Shown here: positions 1 to 12,295 of the stretch, one piece after another
How positions within the stretch are numbered: position 1 is the first letter of the stretch
Layout: every line of letters starts with the position of its first letter
NCBI GenBank assembly: GCA_001244265.2
Contig: LN717261.1
Location: 3,053,591 to 3,117,590 of the forward strand
Direction: 5' to 3'
Source: Microbotryum violaceum
Lineage: Eukaryota
Length of the DNA stretch: 64,000 bases
Program-made: the position numbers and the translations under genes
Notes under the pieces: model-generated
What the model was told of the DNA's origin: nothing
The model's input: only the letters and a program-made list of their open reading frames with translations
Database searches by the model: none

Positions 1-299
1 GATCCGAAGGTGGGATTGGCCTTCAGGACGGCCCGCAGATGCCTCTTGGTGGTGGCGTGCCGAACCACACGACTCCTCGGCATACGTTCCCCGCCACAAT
101 ATAGACACACATAGCCCATACATGAGCGTTGAGGAGCCGAGCAAAGGTCGAACTCTGCGAATGATGACGCCCTCGTAGTGTTAACGACCGAATGTGTGGG
201 ACGGTTGTCAGTCCACTGTTGGCCAGAACTGGAACTGCGCCTCAAACAATACCCACCACGGTCGAGAACATCTTCGGACGCCTTTGTTCGAGGAGACAT
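1..299 (-). CDS. 5' part of a spliced gene with an N-terminal C2H2 (U1/matrin-like) zinc finger, running off the left edge; probably transposon-encoded
   Basis: ATG at 299 (-); a GT..AG intron at about 256-155 joins MSPRTKASEDVLDRE-FDLCSAPQRSCMGYVCLYCGGERMPRSRVVRHATTKRH (CxxC-x12-H-x5-H). Palindromic repeats lie upstream (400-575). Confidence 0.45.
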   Translation of the reverse strand, partial: MSPRTKASEDVLDRGGYCLRRSSSSGQQWTDNRPTHSVVNTTRASSFAEFDLCSAPQRSCMGYVCLYCGGERMPRSRVVRHATTKRHLRAVLKANPTFG

Positions 300-399
300 G
301 ACGTGGCCGTCGCGTTTGTGGGCACAATGGTTGCCCACTTATTCTGGGGCGGGGTGAGGGAATCGGAGAGAGGGTGGGGGCCCCCATGCTTCTCAGTCG

Positions 400-575
400 G
401 GTCTTCGCGCGCTGAGCGCTCAGAGCGCTCAGATGTCATCAGATCTCAGATCTCTGCTCCGAGACTCTCACCGGCGCACGCCAGCCTGCTGAGCAGACTT
501 CAGCTGGCCGCGTGAGGGTGCAGTCTCGACTCATGGCACTGACTCGCTATTGATTACTCGCTGCCTCAGCTGGTA
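400..575. repeat. Cluster of short inverted/direct (G)CTGAG/CTCAG motifs; possible subterminal region of a TIR transposon ending ...CAGCTGGTA
   Basis: gctgagcgctcagagcgctcaga...gctgagcagacttcagctgg...cctcagctggta; no partner end in the window. Confidence 0.3.
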
Positions 576-746
576 CAAATGGACTTTGGACTCTATAAAG
601 CGCGAGCCCTGAAATGTTTCAGCGACCGTGGGATACACTCTCTGCATCGATATGGCTCGGAACAGCGACCGCTCGCGACGTCACGTGCCACTTTTCGGAT
701 GCAGTGACACGCAATTTCCCTATCGGACAAAACTAATGCTACCATA

Positions 747-1128
747 CACCAGGTGGAATAAACCCATACGGCCTACCTCCAGGTTCCGTACACGTAAAAC
801 ATTACCGATCCCGTCTCTTGTGCACTTTAGTGCTCACTTACGTCTCATTGCCGAATGCAATAAGGGTTGAATCTTTACCGCGGCCGCAAAGGCCGTTTTT
901 ACGCTAGCTGTACCGCACGCGTAGGGTCACCGCAAACCGGCGCCCCTACGGACCTGATAACCTAATGTCCATACGGGTACTAGAACGACCCCCTAAGGCA
1001 GCCATAAAAAAGCTTTGCTCTTACAGGAGCTCTATAAAACCGCCTTTCCTAAATTGCAACACCTCCGTAGAGAAGACATACGGGCGGGTCCTGCCACAGG
1101 AAATCCATAAAGTTCGGGCGCGCATGTG
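747..1128. mobile_element. Putative non-autonomous CMC/EnSpm-like element (CAC...GTG ends, TA on both flanks)
   Basis: ta|CACCAGG...GCATGTG|ta; non-coding interior rich in CATA/CGTA/TACG motifs; the right end (ccataa...gcgcgcatgtgta) is the reverse complement of the terminus at 59571. Confidence 0.35.
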
Positions 1129-1129
1129 T

Positions 1130-1260
1130 AACTCAAGTGCGCGAACTCAAGTGCGCTAACTCGGGCGCTCGACTGCGCCAACTCAAGTGCGCTAACTCAA
1201 TTGCGCCAACTCAATTTGGCGCGCGCGAGTTAGCGTTGGCGCAATTGAGTTAGCGCAAGC
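1130..1260. repeat. Array of TGCGC(C/T/G)AACTCA(A) motifs, direct then inverted
   Basis: About 6 direct copies followed by inverted copies (gagttagcg, ttggcgcaattgagttagcgca); same motif as 16123-16186. Confidence 0.7.
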
Positions 1261-1309
1261 GCACCCCCAGCACCGGTACCGCCCCGGCTTTGTGGTGTCC
1301 TCTCGTGTC

Positions 1310-3702
1310 AGGACCCCCGAAAGCCCAGCCTGAGGCGCGTAGGTAAAATCCGCCAAAATCCCCGATTTTGGACCTCATTTGTCCACTAATTTTTGGATGT
1401 TTCGGCCAAAAAGGTCCCCAAAATGTCCAGTCTATCTACGCGCCTCGAAAAATAGCTCTAGAATTGCTTCAAATGCTCTAAAACATCTTCAAAAATCGCG
1501 AAAACGCCGTCCGGACGTTTTTCGCCCGGACCGAATCGCCGGAGCCCGCGCGCGCGTCAGCCGTTTCGGTTCTGCTTCGCCGAGGGCTCCTCACCTGCAC
1601 TTACTGCCTACCTCTTTGACTATGATTTAACGTGGCCATGGTATACATGTAACGTACAACGAGAGGCAAGCTCGATTGCAGTCACTCTGCGAAGCAGTAA
1701 GCTAGCTACCGTGAGGTGTACGAACCAAGTCCAATCGACAGTTGTTCTTCTCCTATGTTGCTGGCACAACTGGCATGTATTATGCCTCGTTTCAACACAA
1801 AGCAGACAAGAGAGCCGATTTTCAAAGGCGTAGCTGACGTGACGTTTCCGTCGATCGACCCAAACGGTGGGATCTTGGCGAATGCCGTGTATTGCCTTGC
1901 TCGCAATTGCATCCGTATCTGGGCAAGAATGGATATTATTGATGAGCACTCCCTGGGCCATATGTGCAGAGCACAATTGCAGCTCACGTCTTTGCGTCTG
2001 TCTTCGATGTACCCTATGTTTTCCGTCTCGTTTGCGGTCGAAAAGCGACTGAAGGCCGTTAGTCCTGTCCAACGAATGGACCTCGCAACTCCTGACACGG
2101 CTTCGAGACGGGCTGTACCCATTGAACGCACAAAGCCTCGGAGGACACTGGAGTGCATTTCACCGTGCTCGGACAATTTTGCTTTTGATGTGGGATCGGA
2201 AACTTGGGAAGTCGAGGTGGTGGTGCCGTGCCTTCCCTTGAGTAGGACAGCTCTGAGGTGGGCACATTGATGTGCCCGACGGTGCTCGATCAAGCTTTTC
2301 GGATCAAGCGCAAGCTGACGAGTGTCGTGACGCAGAAGGGATGGGAGCCGAAGAATTTGAGCCTGTGAAAGAATGCTGGTTCTGTTTAGTGTTGGTACAC
2401 GAAACCAATTGCTTAGATGAACCTACACGACCCGGCAAGTTTGCATTTGCTGTTACAATGACGTCGAGCAGGAAGCGTTCCTCTGCTTGAGCATCGGCCT
2501 CGTCATAGGCCTGCTGAACGGCAAGCCTAGAATCGGAAGAGATGAGTTATCAGCTCAGAGGAGGCTGGTACAGGTCTCATTGCACTCAACTTACGGTGCA
2601 GTATCATTGTTAAGGCCAAGAGCAGCTAAAGAGCGAACAGCGTGTTCAACTGACTTCCGCTCTTCCGGCTCCCGACGAGACCTTTCTCCAAGCCACGTTG
2701 TCCATAGGAAAAGCACGAAAAATAATCCCAATCAACCACGCCATCGAACAGACGAACAACTTGGCTGCTTACCAACGAAATCGAGCCGCGTGTCCAAGAA
2801 TGCGCTACACCCGAGGATCATTGAGGGGTATAGTGCTCCTCAATGAGCAGTGGCAGCAGCACCTCCAGAGCCTTAACGATGAGAGGCTGACTTTCGATGT
2901 CGACACCCAGATAATATTTCCATCTACTTTTGGCTACTGATAACGATCGAACGCATGCGCTCGGCGTAATCTATATGCCGCCAGATCCTTTCGACACCGA
3001 AAGGCAGCCGGTGCCCAGCGATAGCAATTGACCGGTAACCTTGCTTACGCGCCGCAGTAATTGCTCCACGATCCTTGAACTTGTCCGTCCAAGCATCGAG
3101 CGGCCTAGGAAGAGTATCAAACTCGAGAGGCTCGTCTTTCGACCATGAAAGCTGTATCTGGGTGTCTGCAATGGGTTGTCGAAGCGGAAGGCGAGAAGCT
3201 CGAGACACCCTCACGTTCAAGGGTGCCATTCGCTCGAAATCATCGTCAAGAAGCTCGATATCCGGATCGTCTAGATACATTTCGTCGAAGCTGGCTGAAG
3301 CGAGAACGTAGGATAATGACGATGATGGCACAGACGACGCGACGCGGCGGGGGAGGCAAGAGACGGCGCACTAAGACGAGACGGCTCGTTCAACCAGCCA
3401 AGAGGCCTATAATTTCAAAATCGAACCATTAGAGCCCTTGTTGTGAATTCGGTACAGGCCATAGTGTTTCGCGCGCGCTCCGCACGTTCTTGAGGGTCGG
3501 CAAACTCTGGCGTACCAAGCCCAACGTGGCTGAAATGGGCCCAGAGTTGTCCACTGGTACCTACGGGCCTAGGACCCCACCCCCACGGCGCACCCTGATT
3601 TGTCCACCCCCGACTACGCGCCTTCGCGATTTTGGCCCATCTGAAGCCCACAATTTGTCCAGTCGGGCACGACGCGCCTCAGGCCGGGCTTTCGGGGGTC
3701 CT
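1310..3702 (-). mobile_element. Non-autonomous, internally deleted copy (A) of the Ulp1/P-like DNA transposon family, with both TIRs and TSD
   Basis: 31-bp TIRs AGGACCCCCGAAAGCCC(A/G)GCCTGAGGCGCGT at 1310-1340 and 3672-3702; 8-bp TSD CTCGTGTC at 1302-1309 and 3703-3710. ORF 2924-3331(-) is homologous to 17017-17430, and ORF 1706-2293(-) to about 21790-22380. Confidence 0.85.
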
Positions 3703-3816
3703 CTCGTGTCCCTCCCGGCGCCTCATACCTACACAGGCGCACAGCCGCCGCCGCCTCTATTATAGCCACTGCTGTTTGCGCCTGTTTGGTCCTCTTCCAC
3801 CGGGCGACCGAACGCA

Positions 3817-5666
3817 ATGTTCTCAAAGCTTGGCCGTTACGTCGCCGTGCTATGCCTCTACCATATAGCCGCACAGATAGGATCTGTGTCAGCCGACAAG
3901 GTTCTGGTTGTACTCGAGAAAGATCTCGAGCAGCAAGACTATGCGCTCACTTGGAGCTCGCTTGAAGGTGAGCCCCCGCTCGCCCTCCTTAGCTGCAATG
4001 GCCAAACTGCCTGCTCCGCACCATCACGCCTGCGACACGCCACTAGCTTTGTTCCAACATATCCTGAACAGACAGACGCTGACGCTGCTCTTGACGTGGC
4101 CAAACTTGCACAGCTCGAGGGCACGAGCTCTGCTTCCGTGACGCTTCTGAGCGTGCCACGTCGACGCTGGAGGCAAGCCAGTTCCAACACATCCTCTTGT
4201 TCGCGCCGTCGGCGAAACGTGAGTGCTTTCCACCCAGTTCAGAGGCCGGACGACGGACCCTCAGTCTGCGGAAGCATATGCACGCTGTTTCACATCTCGG
4301 GTCAATCTACCCGTCTTGACCCCGGCAGCTTGCTGTTCCGCGCTTGTCCCCCCACCCCCCACCAGGTTCTCGAGGAGGCGGTGGTGGGCTGAATTCGGCC
4401 GAGCTGAGAGCCTGGGACTGACCATTCCACTTGATGGTCGTGTTGCTCGCGCCGATCTAGAGCTTCCGGAGGACTTGAACCCCCAACGTCTCGTGGAATA
4501 CACCCAGCACGGCAAAAACCTGCTCGTGGCGCTTTCGCCGCATGTCTCGGAGTTTTGGCGCGACTTTGCTCGCGAATTCGACCTTGAGTTCGACGATCGC
4601 GGCACTCGAGTCATCGACCACTTCAGTTATGACGTGAGCTTGGACGACGACTCGTCGCATTCGGTCATCGTTGTACCGCTCTCCGGCTGCCGACCCCCCT
4701 TTGTTGCATCCGAGACCGGCGCCGGTCCTCCCGTATTGTATCGAGGTATCGGCCACGCCGTCGGCCGTCGGCCGCTCGCCACGAATATTCTTTACGCTCC
4801 TGTAACATCTTATAGTGGCGATCCATCGGGCGTTGGCAATGTAGCCGACGATGTGCACCTCGCTGGGACGTCTACAGGGCTGGTCACTGCTTTCCAGGCC
4901 AAAAACAACGCTCGCATCACTTTTGTCGGCTCGACAGATGTCTTCTCCGACGTGTTCCAGAGCGCGAGCATTGAATCAAGCAACGGACTCAGGCAAGTGG
5001 ACTTGGCTCTGCCCAGTGTCATTTAGTAGCCCCTGTCAAAAGCTAATGCGCGCGAGACAGGTATCCACGCTCCGGCAATACGGCCTTTCTTTCCGATCTC
5101 ACACGGTGGACGATGCAAGAGACTGGCATCATTCGCATCGATGCTACTCGTCACTATCGCGCGAGCGACGGCCAACGCCAGGATCTCTACCGCATGGGGG
5201 AAGAATTGGTGCGCTAGCTCAGCCCCCCCCCCCTTCGACTTCGCTCAACTGATCGGCCTAATTCGCGAGTCTACAGGCATACGACGTGGATCTTGTCGTC
5301 AAGGACAAGGACACAGATCTGCCCGCCCACCTCGATGATCTGCAACTCGAATTCACGATGCTAGACCCCCACCTCCGTGTCCCGCTGACGATCTCGGGCC
5401 AATCGATTCACGATCGCAAGGGCGAGACCGCAGTACGCTACACGACAAGTTTCCACGCGCCGGACCGCCATGGCGTTTTCGCCCTTCGAGTGGACTATCG
5501 AAGGCCCGGTTGGAGCTTCCTTGATGAGAAGGCGGTAGTATCGGTGGCACCTTCGCGTCACGACGAGTTCGAGCGCTTTATTACTGGTGCTTTGCCCTAC
5601 TACGGTGGTGCTCTTAGCGTCTCCGTAGCGACTCTCGTATTGGTTATTTTGTGGACATTGCAATGA
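3817..5666 (+). CDS. WBP1: Oligosaccharyltransferase subunit Wbp1/OST48 (DDOST), multi-exon
   Basis: Signal peptide then KVLVVLE; motifs FQAKNNARITFVGSTDVFSD, DDLQLEFTMLDPHLR, APDRHGVFALRVDYRRPG, RHDEFERFITGALPYY; C-terminal TM helix; GT-AG introns. Confidence 0.93.
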
Positions 5667-5818
5667 CCCACCACCCAAGGGCTGCGACCCTTCGTCTTCC
5701 CTCGCCCCTACCAAGACCTTATGGTTGCCCGCCAGTGTCCAGAGTTGACAAGGTGTACCATCTCCGGCGAGTCTGTTGCGAATGCACCTGTGTATTTGTT
5801 CGGAGATGCGGAGACCGT

Positions 5819-8800
5819 TCAGATTAGTTCGAAGTGAAGCGCATTGCAACGTATTAGGCGAACGTGTACCCAGTGCCGAGAAACGATGGTAGTGATTGCC
5901 AAGATCGACAGGGTAACTCCGAGCTGGATCTTATTGAAAGAGGGGCTGAGCACGTCGAACGACTTTGATGGTGATGTGCGAGCCCCAAAGAGATCTGCTC
6001 CGATCGCAAGGATCGACGACTCTGATTCTCGATCTCCCGGATAGCTAAGCATGAGCTGGACGTCGGACAGCTGTTCAGGCAAGCACAAGCGCATACAAGA
6101 AAAGGTCAGAGTGCCGTATGCGTACGTCCCCGTGGTGAATACAGACTGACCTCATAGGCCCGAGAAAGCACCCATCTCGGGTTGTTCGGAAGAATGGCCT
6201 CGTAAGGTATGAGTAACTCTTCGAGATCTTCGCGGGTCGGCTGGCGTGTGTGCCTCCGGGGGTCGAGGTGTCGTCGCGGCAAGGCGATGACCTGATTCAT
6301 CGAATTTGCGACTGCGACAATACACATGGTCAGCGTGCAAGTAGTGACATTTCATTGATAGATGCGAAGATACAGTTGCACGCACAGACGGCGCTGAGCG
6401 ACGTGATCCCGAGCCGGGTGCGTGTCAGACCCCGTACCCTCAGTCCGTCAGTCGACAGAAACGACTTGGAGGACACGCTAATGCTGGCAAGATCAGGCCG
6501 CAGTGATGACCTGTCGGCAATTGGAGTAGATTAAATTCATTCCTGAAGTCACAGCAATGCGCGATACCATGGTCGACTCACAAGGAACTTCCGGCTTCGA
6601 TGGCGAAGGACGACGTCTGATGGAAGAGCTCGAGGGAATGCACCCGTGTAAAAGTAGAAGGGTCCCCTTCGGCATAGAGAGTGTAGATGATCCAGTTGTC
6701 GCGCATGGACACAGATATATCTTTTGAAGTGCGGACACCGTCATGCAGCGCTTCGTGCAGGCAGCGCCCACTGGCAGCGTCCAAGATACTCAGCGTCAGC
6801 TGCGAACTTGATTTCGAGATGGCTACCACAGCGACGACGCCATGGTTCAGATACTTGAGTAGCATCGACCGGTCTCCGAGAGCTCGTCCTGGTGACGCCA
6901 CCGCATCTGTGAAAATTAAGTAGGAAAGACATGAGATTTGCTCTCGATGAAGATGTTTGCACCGCCTTTGGGGAGCTTACCTAGCATGCCTCGCACTACG
7001 CGAACAACAGTGTGACCGGCAGGAAGTTTGTATCTCCAGGAGAGGCGCTGAGCACAAGGGCAACGGTCAGTATACCCGATCCATCCACCTCAGGCTCCGA
7101 AAGCGAATAAACTCACGCGCTGTCGGTCACACATTGACCACCCCTCGACTAGGCCATCACCAGCCTTAATCTTGCTCGCACAGCCCGGATTTACGCCACG
7201 GAAGAAAAGACTTGAGGTCGAGCCCTGATGGTGCCGTGGCGGGCGACGGTCCTCGGTAATCTGATGATCCAATTCTTGGCCCGTCTGAGCGTCGAGTGAG
7301 ATCAGAAGCAGGCGATGGTCAGACTTGATGTTCCGGGAGGTGTGAAAGAAGTTCGACCATGTCAGTGTATACAAGGACTGGACGATCGAAGCTGGACCCT
7401 CACCGTTCGGGCCGTTGCATTGACGCGAACAGACGAAGTAGTCCCGGTACCATCAAGATGAGCGAGGAGAATGGTTTCCCATTCGATGCGCCCTTCCAAT
7501 GATACAAAGTACCGCCATACCACTTCACCGTTGTCTTTCGCATCAAGCCCGTGAATGGTCTGAGATCGAGAGGAAACAACAACGGCGAGGGGAGTCGTTG
7601 CCACTTTGCCATTCTGCGACCAGGCATGACGACGAGATCAGCAGGTTTGTCGCAGATGAGCCTTCGCCAAGACTCACAGCCCCATACCGCAGTAGTCTGG
7701 TTATCGGGGACGTTCGGGCCCCGGAAAAGCCGTCTGAGATTTGAACCATGGCTGGCAGATGGTCGATCTCGGCTAGAGCCTCGTCACGAGCCCACGCAAA
7801 GTGTTCATTTTCTCGCACCTGCAGCAGGCCGGACGTTGACGCAAAGCTGATACGACTCGCCACAGAGTAGTCGCGAAGCGGTGCGGTCTCGATCGCAAAC
7901 TTCGCAAGCAGGGAAAGGAGCAAGATTGAACTCGGTGGAGTCAGCGCAGATGGCGAACCTACGAGCCCAGAACGCAGCTTACGCTCAACAGATCGCCAAC
8001 ATCTTCCGGATCGAATTTGAAAGTGTGTCCTGTAATCACCCCTTGAGGCGAGCCTGGAGTGACCATGAGGGAAAATATTTGCACGCTTGCCAGCTGGGTC
8101 CGCAAGTCTGATCAGGGTTGCTGCGTCTCCCACGGCGCGATGAAAGTCAGGGACCTTACCTGGAGAGTCGGAGAGAAGGATAGATGGCCGATGTGGGCCT
8201 CATCCTCGCGATCTACAAAGCCCGAGAACAGCGACGCGAAGGACTGGAGAACGCCATCGTTCGGCCCGGATTCCACTTTCAGTGCCAACTCTTGCAGACG
8301 AGGGCAAAGTGAGTAACGTCACTCACCGAATCGTTCAGGTCCCACAGTTTGGTTAGGGACACTCCGGTCCAACGCAGCACGACAACCGTGCCATCCCGCC
8401 GGTGCGCCAAGAATATGCCACGCCCTGCGAGTCCAACGTTACCCACACTAACGAAATCGGATGAGGTGCCGTCGGCTAGGGCCAGGACGCCCGAGCTCGA
8501 GCTCGCTAATGCGAACCAACGTACTGACGAACCGCCGACCCAGACGAGAGCACCAGAGTCGCTCTTGTCGCTGGAGGATGAGACCGCCAAAGGCATATGG
8601 TCGGCCAATGTCGGCAATTCCACGCGCATAGTATCGCGCAGTAGGTTGCCGGTTGAAGCGTTGTAAATGCGCAAGGAGCCCATGGTTAACTCCCTCTTCG
8701 GCCATGCAAACACGAAAATCTGGTTGGCTTGCGATCTTGCCAGCCGCACGCGGTCCGCTGGATCCCACCTGCTCCGGTGATAGGACGGTTCTTTCAGCCA

Positions 8801-9668
8801 CGGCTGACTCGAATGCATGAAGTCTTTGAGCCAGCTTTTAGCGCAAACAGGCGGCAAAGTTGGGCAAATGACGTACCCCGCAGCCTCGACGTGCCAACCC
8901 TCAGCGCCTGTATCCACGTCCCTGCTTCGCAAGATACCCCGAGCATAACTGACCAAGGTCCGATTAAAACCATCATGGTCCCCCCAGCAAATCGCATCGC
9001 CTGCGAGCTGCGCCGGGCCGAGCACAAAGTCGTCGGCGCCGCTCGTCGGAGACGCCCATCGAAGCTCGCCCGTCGTTGCGTCGACGACTTGCAGGTCGCC
9101 AAGGTCGGCCCGTGACGACACGACGAGACCTAGTGCGGGGAATATCAAGCAATGGATTCAGCATCCAAGATCGATGAAAATGCGGATGCGGATGCTACAT
9201 ACTGTCATCCCCGCAAGCAAAGTAGCTGAGCTTGTGCGCGTGCGGACCGTACAATCGTCGCCATCCTGAAACGAAGATACCGAAGTGCATAACAGATACG
9301 TACGGACATGTACATGTCAAGCTCGCAGGTTAGTGTCGGGTATGCTAGGCGGGGGTGGGGCCACGTAACGAGGTGCTCAAGCCAACGAGACGAGCGACGA
9401 GTGACTGACGGAGAGTGCCATTGGCGGGGTCCAGCGCGGCCAGAATGTTCTTGTTGGTCACAGTGAGCAGGATCGAACGTTTTCGCGAGGATTCGTCGTG
9501 GCTTGCGACGTGCTTGAACTGATGCAGTGGCTCCGCGGTGAAGTCGACGCGCTCGCGAGGGAGGCCGATCTGCACTCGATGCCAGTCTGGCGAAACGAGT
9601 GCGCGGGCCGCCGTCGAGTGCAATACGGTCAGCAGCAGCGGTAGCATCCAGCGCACACGAGGCCACAT
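5819..9668 (-). CDS. EMC1: ER membrane protein complex subunit 1, multi-exon
   Basis: Signal peptide, DWHRVQIGLP, NILAALDPANG; C-terminal LGDRSMLLKYLN, LDPRR..EELLIPY, ESESSILAIGADLFGARTSPSKSFDVLSPSFNK plus a TM helix. Internal exon boundaries approximate. Confidence 0.9.
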
Positions 9669-10379
9669 TTCGGGTCCGACGCAGCGGGCGAGCGAACGAG
9701 CGTGTGTGGCGAGCGCAATGTGGGTGGTTGGAGAGCGGTTGGCAGCGTCGGATAGACACAAGTGGGGCGAGTTGGGTCGAGCGGTGCGCTGCGGAGTGGC
9801 TGCGGTAGGCTGCGGTGCATGCGGTGCGCCTCGCGAGGCCTCGCGCACTCTCGCGCCACAGCTCGCGCCAGCAGCCGCCAAAACAGGAGAGACAGTCGTT
9901 GTCTTCGCACACGACGCACAGACCTACTTTACCAAAGGGTGGTGCTATAGAGACTTCGCAGGCTAGGCACATTGAGGCACCGCCGGACGTCAGAAAGTGC
10001 GTGCAGGAGGCCAGGATGCGGGAAGCCTGAGGATGGAACAGTAAATTTTACGGGCGAAAGTGATGCTGAGATGATGCATAGTATGGGTAGCCAGAGCCCG
10101 GAATCCCAGGAATACAAAACGATGGAGCAATAAGAACAATCGAGGTGAAAGCGTTTCTACTTCCCGAAAGTACAGAGTATCCAGCGCAATCGCGTGAGGT
10201 GGTCGATCGCCGAAATAGTACAAAGTTGTGCTCCGGTGGTTCTCGGGGAGTCGATTCGATTGGCCGCTGCCTGATCACGCCCGACTTGCCTAATCTGCAT
10301 CGGATTGACGCAAACCTTGCCGGGACATGTTCCTACCGCAGTGGCGAGCACCGAGCACTAGACGGCCGACCACCGACGC

Positions 10380-10978
10380 TCATCGTCCTTTCGACGGTCT
10401 AAAGGCGGAGGGTCAAGTCGCAAGTCGCTCAGCAATGCGACTAAGCGTATGGAACCGTCGTTGGCTCACCGTCCTTTGTACGGCTGCCTAGAAGGCGCGA
10501 ACTGCCCGAGTTTGAAGCCGACCATTTCCGGCGTCACATGTACGGAGACGTATTGCTTGCCATTATGCACGAGAAAGCGCATCCTATTGCCCATCCCAGG
10601 CCGACGTAGCACCTCATGCAAGTCAGCGATCTGCCTTCGCGCCAAGGGGACTGAGCACGATGACACACTCGACGTCGATCGACGCCGATTTCGATGTTCC
10701 TAAGGCGACGCACCCGATAAAGTTGGGCAGAATCGTACACGATCTGGCGGTGGTTCGAATCGGCGTGTTCGTTCGCAATGACTCGGCGACATTCGGAAAC
10801 GACGTGAAGAACGGCCCTGCAGGAACACCAAAACGGGGTCGCAGCTTTAGCAATCGCCCAATGCCTGGCGATGCTATCGGATCCCCAAGTTCGCGAACGC
10901 GATCCAGTGAAAGGGGAGTGTTCGGCAGTACTGACCCTTCCATGCCGACCGGGCGAGCATAGCAATCGACGGGCGCAT
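10380..10978 (-). CDS. RSM19: Mitochondrial small-subunit ribosomal protein uS19m, 4 exons
   Basis: Spliced model [92 protein letters not shown], carrying the S19 signature motifs. Confidence 0.9.
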
Positions 10979-11190
10979 CGTTTCCGAGGTCGACGTAAAC
11001 AGAGATGAACACGCAGACAGGTGCGCGATTAAAAGCGCGGGCCCGCGGCAGAACTGACCCGTTCAGCATCACCATGTCTTGATAAAGCTCTACCAAGCTA
11101 AGATTGAATTTCGCGCGCCATCATATACAGCCAGACCACGAGTCAGGGTACCTCATCTGATAAGGCGATCTCGCAAGTATAAGATCTCTA

Positions 11191-11557
11191 TCTACTTTAC
11201 CCTACTAGTTACCCTATTACCCTAACTAACCAGTCAAAAAAAAGTGTCGATGCGCGACCCATGTACCTAAAATCGCTGTTTTCGTCTGTGTTGCGGGCCG
11301 GAGGGCCGCAAGTGGTGAATGTATCAGTATACTTTGAGTCTGCCGCACCTGCCTGTGGTATCGGTGTCCCGGCCAGAAGTCATGTACGACCCTTTCTGCA
11401 TTTTCTGGACCATAAAAGTCGAGCTACAGCCCGACTACAATTTTTGTCGAATTTTGCTATGGCGGGGAACTATCGATCAGTTTGTGTAGGATTTAATGTA
11501 TAGCAAGCCCGTGGGTTTGCATTAAGCTCGAAACCCTCCACTCTCTGGAGGGGCTTG
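11191..11557 (+). mobile_element. Mini non-autonomous Helitron nested in the AcademH-like TIR
   Basis: A|TCTACT start; 5' region homologous to 39209-39510 and 43786-44095; 3' hairpin CCCTCCA-ctctc-TGGAGGG then CTTG|T. Confidence 0.65.
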
Positions 11558-11898
11558 TACCTTATCGGCGCGTTTGGCTGAGTTGCCTATCGAAGTTTGG
11601 CCCAGAAAAGTACCACCTTGCTGTAGCATGGCAAACAAAATCAACCTGTACAATCTGTTTCAATAGGCGCATTCTTGTGCTATTCCTTCGAGCATCTACC
11701 CAAGGGAAGACTCTTGCAAAGCCTATTCATTGAGCTACAGCGGTAAGAAGTCGTTATTTTCGACTTGGAGCTGGCTCGCGCACGGACCCAGAGGGACCGT
11801 TCTTCGCGCCGACGTGAATCAGCCAGCCGCGCCTCACCGGTCTCACCTTCGGTCCACAACGCCAGTCCACGACGTCGCTACCGCCCTCATGATCCACC

Positions 11899-12295
11899 AT
11901 GCCCGTACAAACGCCAACGCCTGTCAAGGGCACACCTCGTTGGTCTCCATCGATTGAGTTCAGAGAGTCGCCCTTATGATCAGCTTCGAGGGCAAAGCCA
12001 ACAACATCAAGGGACCATCACTCAACCAACACAACCCCCAAACTACCTACCCGACGCTCTCGGGCTGCTCACTGCAGATCACAATTAACTCAAAAGATCG
12101 AGTTGACCCAATTGAGTTACGCAAGAAGCTCAGACTCCTCTTAGTCGACAACTTTGGCGTGGACTTCGTCCCCCGGCCAGTGCAAATCGAAGCTCTCGCC
12201 GGACTTTTTCAGCTCGAGCGGTTCAATCGAAATCAGTATGACGCTGTGTTCGTCATTGCTCCAACGGGTTCAGGGAAGAGCTTGATATTTCAAGC
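11899..12295 (+). pseudogene. RecQ-like SF2 helicase 5' fragment
   Basis: PRPVQIEAL...DAVFVIAPTGSGKSLIFQ (Q motif + Walker A); paralog at 33133-33697(-). Confidence 0.7.

Noticed and set aside
9700-10370. Additional small gene between EMC1 and RSM19
   Set aside because: Only short overlapping ORFs with no recognisable motif or convincing splice model.
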